Assembly: GCF_001194135.2 (NCBI RefSeq)
Contig: NC_068993.1
Location: 22,052,562 to 22,110,982, forward strand
Direction: 5' to 3'
Source: Octopus bimaculoides
Lineage: Eukaryota
DNA length: 58,421 nucleotides
Shown: one piece after another, positions 36,166-51,005 of the stretch
Layout of the letters: each line of letters opens with the position of its first letter
Numbering within the stretch: position 1 is the stretch's first letter
Notes under the pieces: generated by a model
Told to the model about the DNA's origin: nothing
Database searches by the model: none
Seen by the model: only the letters and a program-made list of their open reading frames with translations
Program-made: the position numbers and the translations under genes

Positions 36166-36564
36166 GTAGTATATTACCACTTAAGTGTGGCTGACCCCTA
36201 GGGGTGGATGTTACTGTTGCTTTTAGCCCCAGGAGGACATCTCCTCCAGCTGGCTTATCGACACACGACTGTGTCCTGTTTGCCAAGGGAGTTATCCCTC
36301 TCACCTCGACCAGCAGCACGAACGTATCCGGATTTCAGGGTTATTTCCCTTCGTCGGCGTTCGACAGCTGTCGNNNNNNNNNNNNNNNNNNNNNGATACG
36401 TTCGTGCTGCTGGTCGAGGTGAGAGGGATAACTCCCTTGGCAAACAGGACACAGTCGTGTGTCGATAAGCCAGCTGGAGGAGATGTCCTCCTGGGGCTAA
36501 AAGCAACAGTAACATCCACCCCTAGGGGTCAGCCACACTTAAGTGGCAATATACTACACTTTAT
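36159..36564. repeat. Near-perfect palindrome formed by two head-to-head HHR-bearing units (copy 3)
   Basis: Arms 36159-36328 and 36395-36564 are reverse complements at 169/170; centre CGACAG|CTGTCG at 36367/36368; 21 N gap in the right half. Confidence 0.9.
36319..36363 (-). ncRNA. Type I hammerhead-like motif (U4C variant)
   Basis: CGAACG-CCGACGA-AGGG(AAATAA)CCCT-GAAA-TCCGGA-T-A-CGTTCG; stem I 6 bp, stem II 4 bp, palindromic ATCCGGAT stem III. Confidence 0.78.
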
Positions 36565-36602
36565 CGTGCAGTTACTGTTAATACTTCATTTAGAGAATTA
36601 AC

Positions 36603-36634
<32 letters not shown>

Positions 36635-37117
36635 ATTAATAAACATACATATATGTGTGAGTGTATATATATGTATGTGTATATGTATGCATGTATGTAT
36701 GTATGTATGTATGTATGTATACACACATATGTATCTGCTCATTCTTTTCTTTGCTTGGTCCTTCTTTAAATACTAGCAGGAAAGTTTATCCTATTAAGTC
36801 CATTCCCTCTCTCAGTTCCACAAAACAACACACTGTTCGTGATTAAAGATTTCTCTAAGTATTTAAACCCTCATCACTCGAGACAAAATGCTCCTATTTT
36901 CTCTGTTACTTTAGATATAATATTAATCTTGTTACCATTTCGAATTAAAGAAAATGCATTGATTTAATTTTACAGCTGTAATATTTTTTTTATTATTTGA
37001 CTTTGCACATGTTAATTTCCTTAGTAGAAGCATACATTTCCCTATAGATTTCTCTGGCCACAAACTGTAAGGCCTGATGTTCATACGTGAATAACTTTAT
37101 TTATATGAATTACATCT

Positions 37118-37340
37118 GAAGGCGGCGAGCTGTCTGAGTCGTTAGCACCTCGGGGAAAATGCTTAGCGGTATTTCGTTCGTCTTTACGTTCTGTGTTTAA
37201 ATTCTGACAAGCTGACCTTGCGTTTCATCCTTTTAGGTGTGGATAAAATAAGTAACACTTGAGTACTGATGGCTGATTACGTCGGCCTACCTTCTCTCCT
37301 CGAACTTCGTGGCATTTTCCCAGAATTTGAGACCCATATT
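37118..37340 (+). mobile_element. tRNA-derived SINE (main family)
   Basis: GGCGGCGAGCTG..GTTAGCAC..AAATGCTTAGCGGTATTTCG. Confidence 0.87.
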
Positions 37341-37411
37341 AATTATATTTTACTTTCAGTATAAATATTCTTTTTCTTTATTCAGCATATGTCCATCAGA
37401 AACAGACTTAC

Positions 37412-37428
37412 ATATGGAATTGTTTTCT
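37412..37428 (-). CDS. Candidate 17 nt exon (KTIPY)
   Basis: tttttcatcatag acceptor, gtaagt donor, phase 1->0; splice signals only. Confidence 0.22.
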
Positions 37429-39155
37429 CTATGATGAAAAATGATTGACTACTTCTGTAAACCAATGATCAACACTTCCGTAAAAAAGTAAACCACAGAT
37501 TAATTTTCAGCTGGTTTATCATCCTTTACTAAATTGCTGTCTTTGTTGTCTTTTGCTACCAAGATTCTCAAGGTATATTAAAGGTTCGAACTGTTAACCA
37601 GCTCCACTGATGAGCTGACACCTTACAGCTTCTTCATTTGTGACCCCTTTTTTATCTTTAATTTATAACCTTGTTGACACACTGCTGACTTCTTTACGGA
37701 GTATTTTTATATTGAATATCTTGAAGTTGTTTTATTAGTTTGTTTCTCTTTGTTTTAGTGAGGATATGAAGTTTGGCCAAATTAAGCTGAAGTAATATTT
37801 GCCGATCGTTTTTACTTTGGTTGCTTACAGGACAGTATGTATTCTATTGGCAATTAGGTGGAAAAATTTTGGGTGTAAAATGTATCGTTATGTTAATGAA
37901 ATCGGCGTATACCGAGCCAAGAAATTTATACCATGCCAAGAAATCTAAAATACTTCATTGAGAATGAGAATACTCTATATCTAAACGACTAACTCTTGTC
38001 AAAAAGATGAGGATAAAAATCCGAAATTTAATTAATATAATTGCAGTAGTAGTTAAGTCTAAATTGTAGCAGCAGCATAATAATTTCGATTATTATATGG
38101 TACACCTGTGTATCCTATATACATCGCAAAGAGTCTACTCAGAAAGTTATATGGGTTTTCATAACCCCTAGTCACTTAGTGGACTCTTGACTCTAAATAA
38201 ATTTCTTATGACACACACAGATGATATGTTGAAACAGCTATACGCTACTGAGTTGAATATAGTAAATATTTCCTGCAGACCAACGGTGAGATAAAATCCA
38301 ATGCTGACTAGCAGGATTTGAACTCAGTTATTAATTAATATCATTAATTACTACTTAGTACTTTATCATCTCTGCCACCCTTACAGACCTGGTAATCGTT
38401 TCGCAATAAATTTTAATAGCAATGATAATGGTCTCAGATTTTGGCACAAGGCCAGTAATTTTAGGGAATTGGAGTTAATGACATAATTATATATTTTATG
38501 AACCAATTTTGGATGTTCCCGATATATCTAAGGACTGCACTTAACAGAGTTTCATATTATATATGAGAGAATTGATAAATTTCGTTGATTTGTTATTCGT
38601 TTTCTTTAGTTAAGATCTTGCAAGATCAATTCAAAAAGTGTTTCCCCAGCGCAGCGTAACAAGCGAGCTTGATAGTCTAAGTGGTGTCTAGACTATTGTG
38701 ATTTATAGGTCTTTGTAAAGATATAATTTATCATTCATGGTTTGATATGAACTTCTTAACTGATTAAGTCTAACGATATAACTTCTGATACACTTTAACA
38801 CGTATGACAGTCGTTAATTAAACTGTACATGGCTCTTAATACTCCAAGTTTACTGTCTCGTTCAGTCTCACATTCATTGATTTGCAATTGATGGGAATAC
38901 GTATTTTGTTTCAAATTGCGAAAGCCTTCGCTAATAGACAACGACATTTCAACACTAAAGTAATATGGCAACATAGAATATATAAGTAATAGTAGTTAGT
39001 TGTAATAATTGTTTTTGTTGTTCTAACAAATATATTCTATCAGTAGTTCATAATTTTATTTTGCCACCACGCTGTAGATTACATCACACACAATCTGTGT
39101 ATGTATGCATGTATGTATGCATGTATGTATGTATGTATGTATGTATGTATGTATG

Positions 39156-39190
<35 letters not shown>

Positions 39191-40768
39191 TTACATAGTG
39201 TATGTATGAATATGTATCATATTTCATCCCTGCCCTTATATCATACTGAACCAGTTAGGGGTGAATCTCTTGATTCTTTGATCATTGACCAAGCTAGTTT
39301 GTTTATCACATAATATGGACTACATGAGAAGTCTTTCTTCAACTTATATATTTTTTTTCCCTTCGTGTGTATCTTATCGCACATCACATTGTTGATAGGT
39401 GTTTCTTGTCTATTAATGCCATTACATTCTTCAGAAATATTACAAATATATATTTAAAAAAATGCATTTATTATATAAACAATCCTGCAGTGCTGAACAA
39501 TTAACGACCAGGAGGCAATCTTTTTATTGCTGATTTCGAGTCATATAACATTGTATTAATATGGAAGCGAGTGAGATTTACTGAATGTAAGTGTAACATG
39601 ATAAGCATCTGCATGAGTCAGCGTTGGTTAAAGGCAAATATAGCAAGTCTTAATTAATGTATATATTCTACTTTGTAAGCAACACTTAAAATAACGAAAG
39701 ACAGCCTAAAGAAATAAACCATAGAGAGAGATGCACATTTTCTTTCCTTAAACATCGTCGAGGAAGCAATAAATGCACATTCAAAGTCAAAGAAAGTTTA
39801 TAGAATTATAAATCATTGGTTAGGATGACACACATTACTCAGCAAGTTTAGGACGAGTAATATCGTCTTTTAGAGAGATGGGTTCATAAGGAGAAAATAG
39901 AGTAAGCATTCACAATGACACTTGATGCAGTGAATTTAAGATGAATTTTGACTTACATATGATTCTAATTTTAATAATTAGACATTTTTCATTAGTTGCT
40001 CTGATAATTATAGTACTATGAATAATTTCATTTGTATTTTATATATTTAAATGTTGGCCATCTTCTGAAACACAATGTCCTTCATTTTGAACCTTTAGAG
40101 ATTTTGTTGGCGCCGTATCTTTAATGTCGATTTAGTATTCATTCTCCAAATTATGCTCTTTTAAAATCATAGTGTACTACAAGCTGGTTATGAGCAATAT
40201 TATTATTCTGATGAATATCGCATTATGCTTCCAGCCTCAACATATTTCTGTATTATATCATATAACTATCAGGCTAGTTGATAAATTTACGTCTATTGTT
40301 TGTGTTGCTGTCTCACCTATTTTTGTTTATGGCTCGTAATAAAATCGAAATAGATTGCTTATTAACTTCCAAAATGCCTGTTATCATTTTTTGTTTTGTT
40401 TCATTATTTACAAAGTATCTCTAATAATATTCTGATTATCATGGTATCTATTGGAGGAAATCGAATAATATTTCGATTATCATGGTATGTTTTGGAGGAA
40501 ATCGAATGTTTTGGTTTTCCTGTTATCTATGGGAACATATCAAAGCTGTAATTAAAATTAATGCCATAAAAAAGCAAATTCGTCTAATAAGCTTTCAAAA
40601 ACTTTATAAAAGCTACAAAATCGAATACATTATCCAAATTTCTAATAAAACAATGTCATGAGAATGTCTAAGCATGAAAAGAGAGATTAGAACATTTATA
40701 AAAGGTGAAATCTTTACAGGATTCCTAGTTAATATAAATTGTACACTAGTTTTAGGAATGTAGCTTAC

Positions 40769-40774
40769 ATTCCT
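40769..40774 (-). CDS. Candidate 6 nt microexon (AGG AAT, RN)
   Basis: Long pyrimidine tract ..tttcatcttttacttttcag, then AGGAAT, then gtaagc. Confidence 0.3.
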
Positions 40775-41230
40775 CTGAAAAGTAAAAGATGAAATCATAA
40801 ATACAGAGGTGTGTATACGAAAATAAGACCTAGTGGCCTTATTTAGATGCCTATGGCTCTTGTACCTTCGTACCACTTTAATTTTGTGGCTTCGTTTGAA
40901 TTTAACAGTATGTCTCATACTTTACACTCGATGTTAGAACTTCACAATAAAATTACGGACGGGAGATTTTAATGCAGGGAAATCAAAATCAAACGTTCTA
41001 ATTATTCTTTTCGGTTTATCGGAAATAGTGATTTATTCATCAATCCCAGATAATCGATTAAATGCAAAGTTGGTCTCGATGGATTTTAAGTACAGAGCGC
41101 AGAAAGAGACGGGACAAAAAAGTGGAGTATTCTATCCAACATTCTGGAGACACTACCGCAAAAATACATTTTTCGTTTTCATATGTATGAGTGTGCATGT
41201 ATGGAAGTACTTTATCTGTCTGTCTGTCTA

Positions 41231-41302
<72 letters not shown>

Positions 41303-41419
41303 ACTATACACACGTACACGCAAAGTTATGTGAGTGTGTATGTATGTATGTATGTATGTATGCATATTTGTGTGTATACCCTATATATGCACATATATAT
41401 GTCTGTACGTTCATAAAGA

Positions 41420-41528
41420 TAGACAGACAAACAGACAGACAGACAGACAGGCGGACAGACAGACAGGCGGACAGACAGACAGACAGACAGGCGGACAGAC
41501 AGACAGACAGACAGGCGGACAGACAGAC

Positions 41529-41589
<61 letters not shown>

Positions 41590-41590
41590 T
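41420..41590. repeat. (AGAC)n/(AGAT)n microsatellite with GGCGG interruptions
   Basis: Direct observation. Confidence 0.93.
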
Positions 41591-43511
41591 GACTTTCAGG
41601 AAACAGAAACAACCTTTCTATGGATTTTCAATGTTTAAGCCTTCAATGGAGAGTATATAAAATTATTAAAAGTCAGATTGTTCAGTTTTTACTGTGATGT
41701 GAATGACAGTCATTTTTTGTATGTAAAGTAGGCTTCTAGATAAAATGAGAACAGCCTTTAAACGAGAACTGAAATTGCTGAAGCAATTCCCTTGTAATTT
41801 TTATGGACTTTACTTGCAATATTTATATTGATTTGATCTTCTAATTAGTACCTACCACATTGTAATAACAATAATTTCATTTATTATTACTCTCAGTCAG
41901 CATTTTGGATGGCAGCCATTTATCGAGATACTATTCTGTATAGAAAGCATATATATTGCTTATGTGAATGTATGCACTGTAGGTGCTTATTTTCATATGC
42001 GTGTTTATATTTATATGAGTATTTGTGTTCAAATTTTAATCGTATACATTTTGACGTTCGTCAAAATATCATCACAGCCACATACGAAGAAAATAGACTC
42101 ATATATCGTCATACATATGTATTTATGTGCCAGCATGTGTGTATGTGTATGTGTGTGTGTGCGTGTATGTATATGAACATATTTGCATACATGCGCGTGA
42201 CTTATGCGTCTTATTTTCTATGTGTGCGTATGTAAGAGTATGTATATATAAATAAAAACGAATTAAGTTAATTAATTCTCCCAAAAGCTCAATCGCTCCA
42301 AAACCTGTGATAAGGTTTGATAACTCGATTGCAGTTCTGGTTTCAAGTGTTATTCTTGATTCATTTTACTAATGATCCTCAACATATTTTGTCTTCCCTC
42401 ACTCCTAGTAAAATATATTAGCTACGTACCTAGCTTCTAGAAACCAATATCAGTTCCCCATGTCCTTCCTAGTTGTAGCCAGTCTTGTATGCCAACAAAT
42501 ATAATAGATTTCAGAAATATAAAGAAAAACAATATGAATATTATGTGATATCATATCTCCTGTGTTACAAATTAGATAGTTGCTGCCAATGTAAAAATAA
42601 ATAGATAAAACAATAATTAATATTACAAGCTCAATAGTTAATGATCGATATTTCATTGCAATAAGCCAAATATCTCTTAATGAAATTAATCACTCAAATG
42701 CATATAATCTCACGCGTGCATGTCTGTGTGGTGAACAAGCAGCCAAGAGCAGAAGTAATTAAACTATCAGTTTAGAAACCTTGAAAGGTTGTATGTACCA
42801 AAGTCTTAAAGGAAATTATCGGTAATATATTAGCATTCTTACCAATTGAGATTTATCTCATATAAGTCCATTTATGAAAGCTGGTTTAGCAACGACATTG
42901 CAGATCTGTGATTTCGTAAAAAAATAAACCTAACAATATCAATTGCATAGCATTTGAGTTGGAATAGATTAACTGAAAAATGAGACACTAACTTATTTAT
43001 TCCAATTTAAAATTATGTTCAGTAAATCATACATATCGAGGAAGAAGTCTTGAGAAAAATATTCTGAAATCGAGGATATTCACTAACAGAGAGTGAGATT
43101 GGAATTCAGCCAGATTCAAACATAGCTAGACTGATATTGTAGTGTATTCGATCATTTTGAAATTTGGCCAATGATTTATCGCAAGCATTCATCAGTGTGC
43201 ACAACCATAAAGCAACTCGGATGAATCCCTCAACGTCTATTTTATCATGCTTTATACAAGACCAAAAAGACTGCTATTAAAAATGGCGCATTTGCTACGT
43301 AAAAATATTTAATTAAATATACTAGGATAGATACAGCACTTAGGGCGGTGGTTTGGGAGGTTTGCCAACTATTTCGTGCAATTTGAGTCACCATGTTTAA
43401 GTGCCCTTGTCGAATAGCGAAACTAATTGAAATAATTTGACTTCACCATACATGAGGTAAGTATAGTTAGTGATACAGCAAACTTGATGCCTGCCAGGAA
43501 ACAATTCTCTT

Positions 43512-43515
<4 letters not shown>

Positions 43516-43599
<84 letters not shown>

Positions 43600-43600
43600 T
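43516..43600. repeat. (TC)n microsatellite
   Basis: Direct observation. Confidence 0.95.
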
Positions 43601-45764
43601 TGTGTTTCTGTGTCTGTATATGTCTGTCTGTCTCTGTCTCTGTCTGTCTCTCTGTATCTCTCTTTCTCCTCATACATTCACATTCCTTTAGAGAGCTGGT
43701 TACTGTAAAAAGTGTAATAAGTGGCGTGGGATATGAATCACTTCTGTTTCCTGACTTCAGAGATGTATGGTTCATTTAAGAAACGATTGACAGTGTCAGT
43801 TCCATAGCGAAAGTGTTACGGAGCACAAGAAAAAGGATTGGTCGTATTTTAGTTACATTCATGATGACATGACATAACTCATACATATTGCAAGGAAAAA
43901 GATTTTTGCCCAGTCTTTGTTTCATTGGGCTAAAGCCTGCACGAAGAGGTCAACTCGACTGTGGTAATATGCGTCTAATACTAATATTTTATATGGTTGG
44001 GGTTTTAAACTCATAACTACAAAGTACTACAGAAATGAATAGATAAATGCCAGTCCGATATCTGGCTGTTTCAATCGTCTGCTCAGCCATATTTTGTCAT
44101 AAAAGAGCGACAATACTGTGAACACTATCAGCGATTGTTTCATTATGGAAATATTAACAGTTTAAATAGTTACAGTAACCAGTTATGTTTAGTAAATACC
44201 GAATACTGCAAAGTTCAAAGAGTATCGATTGAAATGGAAAATGAAGAAAAAAAAAACACAGGCAAATTTAGGTTATTGCTTAGAATATTGCCATAGTTTT
44301 CAAAGCAAATGATACAATAGTAAATCTGTGATGATGGAGTATATTTATTTATTTTTGAGCAAATATGTTTTATAAAACAGAAACGATAGATATCTCTGGT
44401 AAGATTTGAAATAAGAGAAGTGAATTCTAGATTAGAAATATATATATATATATAGTTCGGCTCTCTACTATCACTTTTGGGAAATCAATTAGCAGAGAAT
44501 CTAAACATGTGAAAAGATTCAAACTTTAATTGAAGAAGTACTTCAAATTCACTCAGTTTCATTGTTTTTATGTAATAGCGTATCATTAGTGACGAGACTT
44601 GTAATAGGAGAAATCTCTGGCAGAAGGAAACTTTAACTATATCGTGCCATCACTAATTACTAAGAAAATGCAACGTCCACTTTAAGCTGATTTTCATCTA
44701 TTATATCTGACAGTCTACGTTACAGACATGTCCTTGGACCTTGACAAAGAAATGGAAAGAGATTATAGTGAGTGACAACAGATTCGATGTGAATTAAATT
44801 TACCCCAGGTTCTACCTGTGTTTCTATAAAATCAATGGTACATATATTTTGTTTTTATACTACAGACTATTCCGTCAATATTCCATTTTAACGCTTTTAC
44901 CATTTGTTTGAAATGTATCATTTTCTTTCCATAATTGAATGTTCAGCAGAAATTACAAATATATCCACAGTAAACGAAATAATTAATTTACCCAGTTTTT
45001 TCTTACTGTAAGTACATATATATATACACACACACACATAATATGGACTGTATACATAATGTTTATTTCACTCTGTTCCAAATTCAAATGCTTACCACTA
45101 GTTGTAAAGAGGTTCAGTAGTGACGAACAATTTTATTGCTGTAAGCAAAAGAAGCATTTGACGTGTGGAAGCGTTTGTTTCCACTCCACACACATCTTCA
45201 AATGTGTCAAATCACTATAAGAAGCTCGTTAATTCTATAATATAAAATCAATTATTTTTTTCCTCAACTTCCTGTAGTGGTTTGAAATTTGGGAATATGT
45301 GAGTTTTATGCAAACAAACTTGTCCCGGTATCAATCTACAGATATTTGAATATAATATCGCCAAATTCAGTTTCCTCGGTCTGAAAAAACCTGAAAAATG
45401 TCATAGCTACTGCCTCGCATCTGAAAATTATCTTTAAAATTACACACATACATGCATATTTCTTTAGAAACTAAACGGCTGGTCCTGATTTTCCATTGTT
45501 TCTAACTGCGTACACATATACTATTGGATGCAGACATGACTAAGTGATTAAGAAGCCTACATTACAATCATGAAGTCACAATTTTTTAATCATACCTCTT
45601 AGTATTTTGAGTATCGACTTCCTATATTGTTAAGCAAAACCTGCCCAGAAGCGCATGAAACTCTAACTGTAATTCAAAAGTTCAGCCTTACACAAAAGTT
45701 TCAGAATTACACAAAGAATGTACGTGTCCGTGGGATACTTAACCAGTCAATGTATAAGTCATAC

Positions 45765-45850
45765 AGTTGTTTGAACAACAAAGCGTTTATGCATCGTATG
45801 AATTTCTGCCTTTATACTTCGAAGGTCTCGTATTTTAACAGGATATCTAG
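45765..45850 (-). CDS. Candidate exon (RYPVKIRDLRSIKAEIHTMHKRFVVQTT)
   Basis: 86 nt open frame, gccag acceptor, gtatga donor, phase 1->0. Confidence 0.3.
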
Positions 45851-47355
45851 CTGGCAATTTAATTATAATGATGCGAAGTAACTTTAAAATCAGAGAAACG
45901 TATAATAATAAAATATCAAATATCTGTTACATACGGATATTCACCATGCTGACAATATCCACATTCTAACATCATTTGAAAAAAAGAACATAGAAAAAAA
46001 AATATGAACCAAATTTGCATACTATTAAGATTAAATCTGCTACAATGTAAATTTTGAAAACTTGCTATAATTTGTGTAACAATGTTTTTTTTCCGGTGAA
46101 CACTTTTACTACATCAGCCAGTTTTCATTAACTTACTTGTTGGCTGATCACTACTTCAATCGATCAAGAACGATCAAGTTTCTCCATTGATACTATAAAT
46201 ATATAAATAAGGTAATAAACAGAGGAAAAGAATTCCTTCAAAGAGGTGTGAAAAAACATCCAATTCACTGGTACGATGGTTGAATACCACATAAATATGG
46301 GTATAATGCAAATTACAAACAATAAATCAATCAAATAGGGAGATACAATTGATAATCCAATAATTTATTTATATTATGATATAACATAATATACTATGAA
46401 TATAATATAATATAAAATAAACAATTATTGAAACAACCGAAAATCAACACTTTATTTCGACTTATATACATTTTTTTATATATATATATAAACAATTCCA
46501 TTCCCTTATATATATGTCATATCAGTGAAATATTGAGTAGATAGACAAAATTTATTATGAAAGAATTACTGGATTGTAAAAAAGTTATTTCAAATGCCCA
46601 TGTATTGTGAGCGTGAGTGTTAGCCACTCAACTGCATATCAATTGAACTAAAAATTAATAAACAACAAAATTATAACGGACAAACTAATTAATTAATTAG
46701 AATCTACAACTATCGAAATATATTTCTATATATCTCAAATAATATCAACCCAAACTCATTTATGTCTAAGACAATCTTTCGTTATTATAATAACATACAA
46801 CAATAATATATATGTGCCTATAATTAAGTATCAGGGCCTTAATCTATAAACTGTAATAAAACGCGTAAAAAGATACAATGACGATTATATTTTTAATATC
46901 TAATAACTCTTCTATCTATTTAAAGTTATTTATATATAAAGTTGTTTAAAGTAACTAATAAAAGTGTTCTATATTTATTGCTTATCGGAGAGAGAATTCC
47001 GTAATAAATACGATTAGAAACTTAACATAAGATTTCTTTGTTTACTTAATTTATCGCATGGAGAATTCCGTAATAAATATGAAGATAAATTTAGCGATAC
47101 ATACACTGTTACAAAAATACCCCATAGATATAGAGTTAGGCTATAATAGGGATATCAAAATATTACTAGTTTTTTTTAGTAGTAACGAATTGTTTATAGA
47201 ACAAGAAATGTATACAAATCGAAAGAAATTTTTGGTTTAGGTTTGTTTAAATACTGTTTCGTTATATTATATTATTTTCAGAGTATATTATTTTATATTA
47301 CAATATAAATAAATTATTGGATTGTCAATTGTTTCTCTCTATTTAATTTATTGTT

Positions 47356-47390
<35 letters not shown>

Positions 47391-49225
47391 NNNNNNNNNN
47401 NNNNNNNNNNNNNNNNNNNNNNNNNNNNNNNNNNNNNNNNNNNNNNNNNNNNNNNNNNNNNNNNNNNNNNNNNNNNNNNNNNNNNNNNNNNNNNNNNNNN
47501 NNNNNNNNNNNNNNNNNNNNNNNNNNNNNNNNNNNNNNNNNNNNNNNNNNNNNNNNNNNNNNNNNNNNNNNNNNNNNNNNNNNNNNNNNNNNNNNNNNNN
47601 NNNNNNNNNNNNNNNNNNNNNNNNNNNNNNNNNNNNNNNNNNNNNNNNNNNNNNNNNNNNNNNNNNNNNNNNNNNNNNNNNNNNNNNNNNNNNNNNNNNN
47701 NNATATATATATATATATATATATATATAATACATACAAATAGAGAACAAATAAAGTAAAAAAGGAGAAAAATGATTTGGAAAGAAATTTTTAAAAATAA
47801 AGATGCCCGAAATGCCCGATCTCTTGTGTATATAAGAGATCATACTCGCATATATCTAATCTTTTTATCTAGAATAAACCTCTAAAACAATTTACTAAAT
47901 ATTTTTTTTTTTATTCATTACCTTTCATCCAACCTGTACTAATGGAATGTTGATGTGCTTTTAGAGTCGTTTGATATCTACTTCTAGCTTGTTGGTGCCG
48001 TTTCTCAGTACACTTAATTATATCTATATTGCTATACATCTATATTAATTCTTGTCGTTATGGTTTTTATTACATGCTGGCCACTGGTAGGGTCGTTATT
48101 TTTTAATGATCTTTATCTTTAATCATGCACACACACACACGCACACACTCACACACATATACATCCATGCATATATACATATATATGTGTGTATGTGTGT
48201 GTGTATGTATGTGAGTATAGATGCGTGTGCGTGCGTGTGTGATCTTTGATATACACAAGAGGTCATGCATTTAGAGTGTCTTTATTTTTTAAAATTGCTT
48301 CCCAAATCATTTTCTCTTTTTTTTTACTTTATTTATTCATTATAGACATTCTTTGTGCGATACAAACCAAACTGTATGTTTTTGTACTATTACATAGATA
48401 CACTTACGTTTCCATGAAACTCATAATTGCAAAAAATCTGTTTAATATTTCTATTTAATTTCTCGTAGTATAACCTATATTTATTATTTAGTCTAAATGT
48501 AAATTATTGATATGTTTTTCAAATATTGATTTAGGCTTAAACAAGCCTATGTAGCTTAACAATTTTATTAAAACCATTAATCTAAATTGACTTCATAGGA
48601 AATTATTTTATAATTTTTCACTCGTACGCACGCATCCGTAATATATGTATTCCTTTCTGTTCCTTTCTGAGAGATTGTCTGTTTTCGAATTCTGCTTGCA
48701 TTTATTTATTAAATATTCCTCTCAAAGTATCTTTCAATATTCAGTAGAGAGGCTGTGACCAACGAACCTTACAATTATTTTTGATAACTTATGCGATGTA
48801 AAGAAGATATGTGTACATATACTTTCTCTTATACATAAGCATCGATATTTATGCATTCGAAATAAATTGCGAATATAGGTATGGTCTACTATTAAGCAAT
48901 ACGTTCATAAACAGGACCCTCAATACTTTTTGAGCTAGTTTGTCGATTACAAGAATGACAGTAAGGCATTCACATCAACATCTGTATGAAATTATTTTTC
49001 AAATATTCATTGCTAAGAAAACGTAAAAGTGATGTATTTAACATCAACGATTAACTTATGCCGAAAATGCGCCTGTAATAACAGATAAATTAATCAAAAA
49101 ATGTTCTTCTGAGATTTCATTAAAGAAAATAATACCCCATGATTATAAGGATTACGAAGAAAAATTACCATTTTAAATTTTCTTGGTATTTGTTTATATC
49201 AATCGGGGAACATTTAGTTTTGGCT

Positions 49226-49262
<37 letters not shown>

Positions 49263-49773
49263 CGTTCGACTTGAGTAGTTCCTGAAAAAACTTTATATTA
49301 TTAAACAATTTTTTCCAGCAAGTATTACAAATTATTATTTGTGAATCCTTTTGAACAATTGTTGAACAATAGCTGGAAGATTATCAACCACTAGAGGTGA
49401 TCTGATCCTGAGAGAATGTCTTGAACAACTACATATTCATACAACCATGTGTGTCATATCTACGCATCAGTGTAGAATTACAACATATCAATGTAAAATG
49501 TCTGTGCATGCGTGCGTGCGTGTGTGTGTTTGTTTGTGTGTGTGTGTGTGTATGTGTATGTGTGTGTGCAGGTATGAGTATTAGATGGAATTTGCACTTT
49601 TGCATCGTTAACTATAAAATTCAAACTCAAATGAAAACACTAGATTAAAGGAAACTGCTATTTCATGTACAGCAAATCACGTCATAAGAGAGAACATGTA
49701 GCATTAAACTCAGACGACACTCTTCTGACAATCAGAGAGCAACTGAACATTATTTGTTACCGTAATTGCTTAC

Positions 49774-49829
49774 TCTGCTTAGTTCCCTTTCATTGATAAT
49801 GATGTAATAACGAATTCCTTTATCGAATG
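49774..49829 (-). CDS. Candidate exon (FDKGIRYYIIINERELSR)
   Basis: 56 nt open frame, ctgcag acceptor, gtaagc donor, phase 1->0. Confidence 0.28.
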
Positions 49830-50967
49830 CTGCAGTACAAATGGCAGCTGTCCAGATGTCTTTTATGTTGATATACGATTTAATGAATATATATATAAGG
49901 AGCAGATACCACTATCTGAGTGAAGCTTGATACATTTCATACACTTTATAGAATAAAATACTTAAAAACTAACGTATTTTCAGCATTTCCAACCCGATAG
50001 CTGCGCATGATGTATAATCGAGATCGAAAGTATGTTTCTGTGTTAGTTTCTTTTTTTCCATGTGGCTTTATAGGAAATGTTGCATTGTAACGATATTATA
50101 TTGCTGTGTCACTGATAAAGAAACCTTTCTCAGCAATCAAACTATTTATTTCTTTTGTAGTGAAAGAAAGCAATTTTATATTGAACCTTTACCTCCGAAT
50201 ATTACATATTGAATCAGCCATTTACTTTTGATTCATTCTGACATTGCATTTGTCTGATGTGGAATTATAAGTCTAAAACCTCGCATGTGTAACATAGAAA
50301 AGCTTTTGCATCAAGTTTTATTATTGTTGCCTAATAATCTCATTGCATGGTCGTTCTATCCCATAAGATTTATTTACGTTAATCTGAAATTACATTAAGT
50401 CAAGCTTTTCTTTATGCACATCAACATTCATGTATTGCTTCAAGTTATATGTTTGCATCCTCAGACTTCTTTAGAAGGGGAAGAAGTTATAAAGGGTCCA
50501 GTAACTCAGTGTGCATGAAAATAATTTTCTTGATATGTATTCCAAAGATTACCCTACACTACCATCTGAAGTTTGAATACATGTTTTTCTTTGAGAAACA
50601 TCTATAATTTTCACGTTCTATAAACCATATTTAAATAGTTCTGTAATATTGCAGAGTTACCCTAGAAGAGGTTCATCAGTTATTGTTGTTGGTAAAATGC
50701 AACGGGTATGTTGCGTTTTTATTGGTTGTATGTTGATCTTGTTTAAACTTGTGTCCTCTGTATTTTTAAGAGAAACTGTAATCTCTAATTTATTCAGTTA
50801 TGCAAACTGAGAACCATTCTATCAATAGAAAATATATATATTTTACTCCAACCGAAGGATCTGTATTAAATTTAATGGCATAAATATAATTATAATTATA
50901 TGTGTGTGCGTATGTGTGTGTGTATACATATATATGTATGTATATATGTACGTCTATTATATATACC

Positions 50968-51005
<38 letters not shown>

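Noticed and set aside
37829-37944. Segment with good splice signals on both strands
   Set aside because: All three minus frames contain stops; the plus frames give short unsupported peptides
40434-40508. Short tandem duplication (~33 bp unit); a similar 20 bp repeat at ~46990/47059
   Set aside because: Ordinary local slippage duplications
46137-46192. Minus-strand AG..GTAAGT 56 nt segment
   Set aside because: Stops in all frames
11201-50701. Scattered plus-strand exon-like segments (~11201, 18475, 21959, 24418, 26498, 44716, 50651)
   Set aside because: No consistent phase chain or recognisable protein; expected by chance in AT-rich DNA
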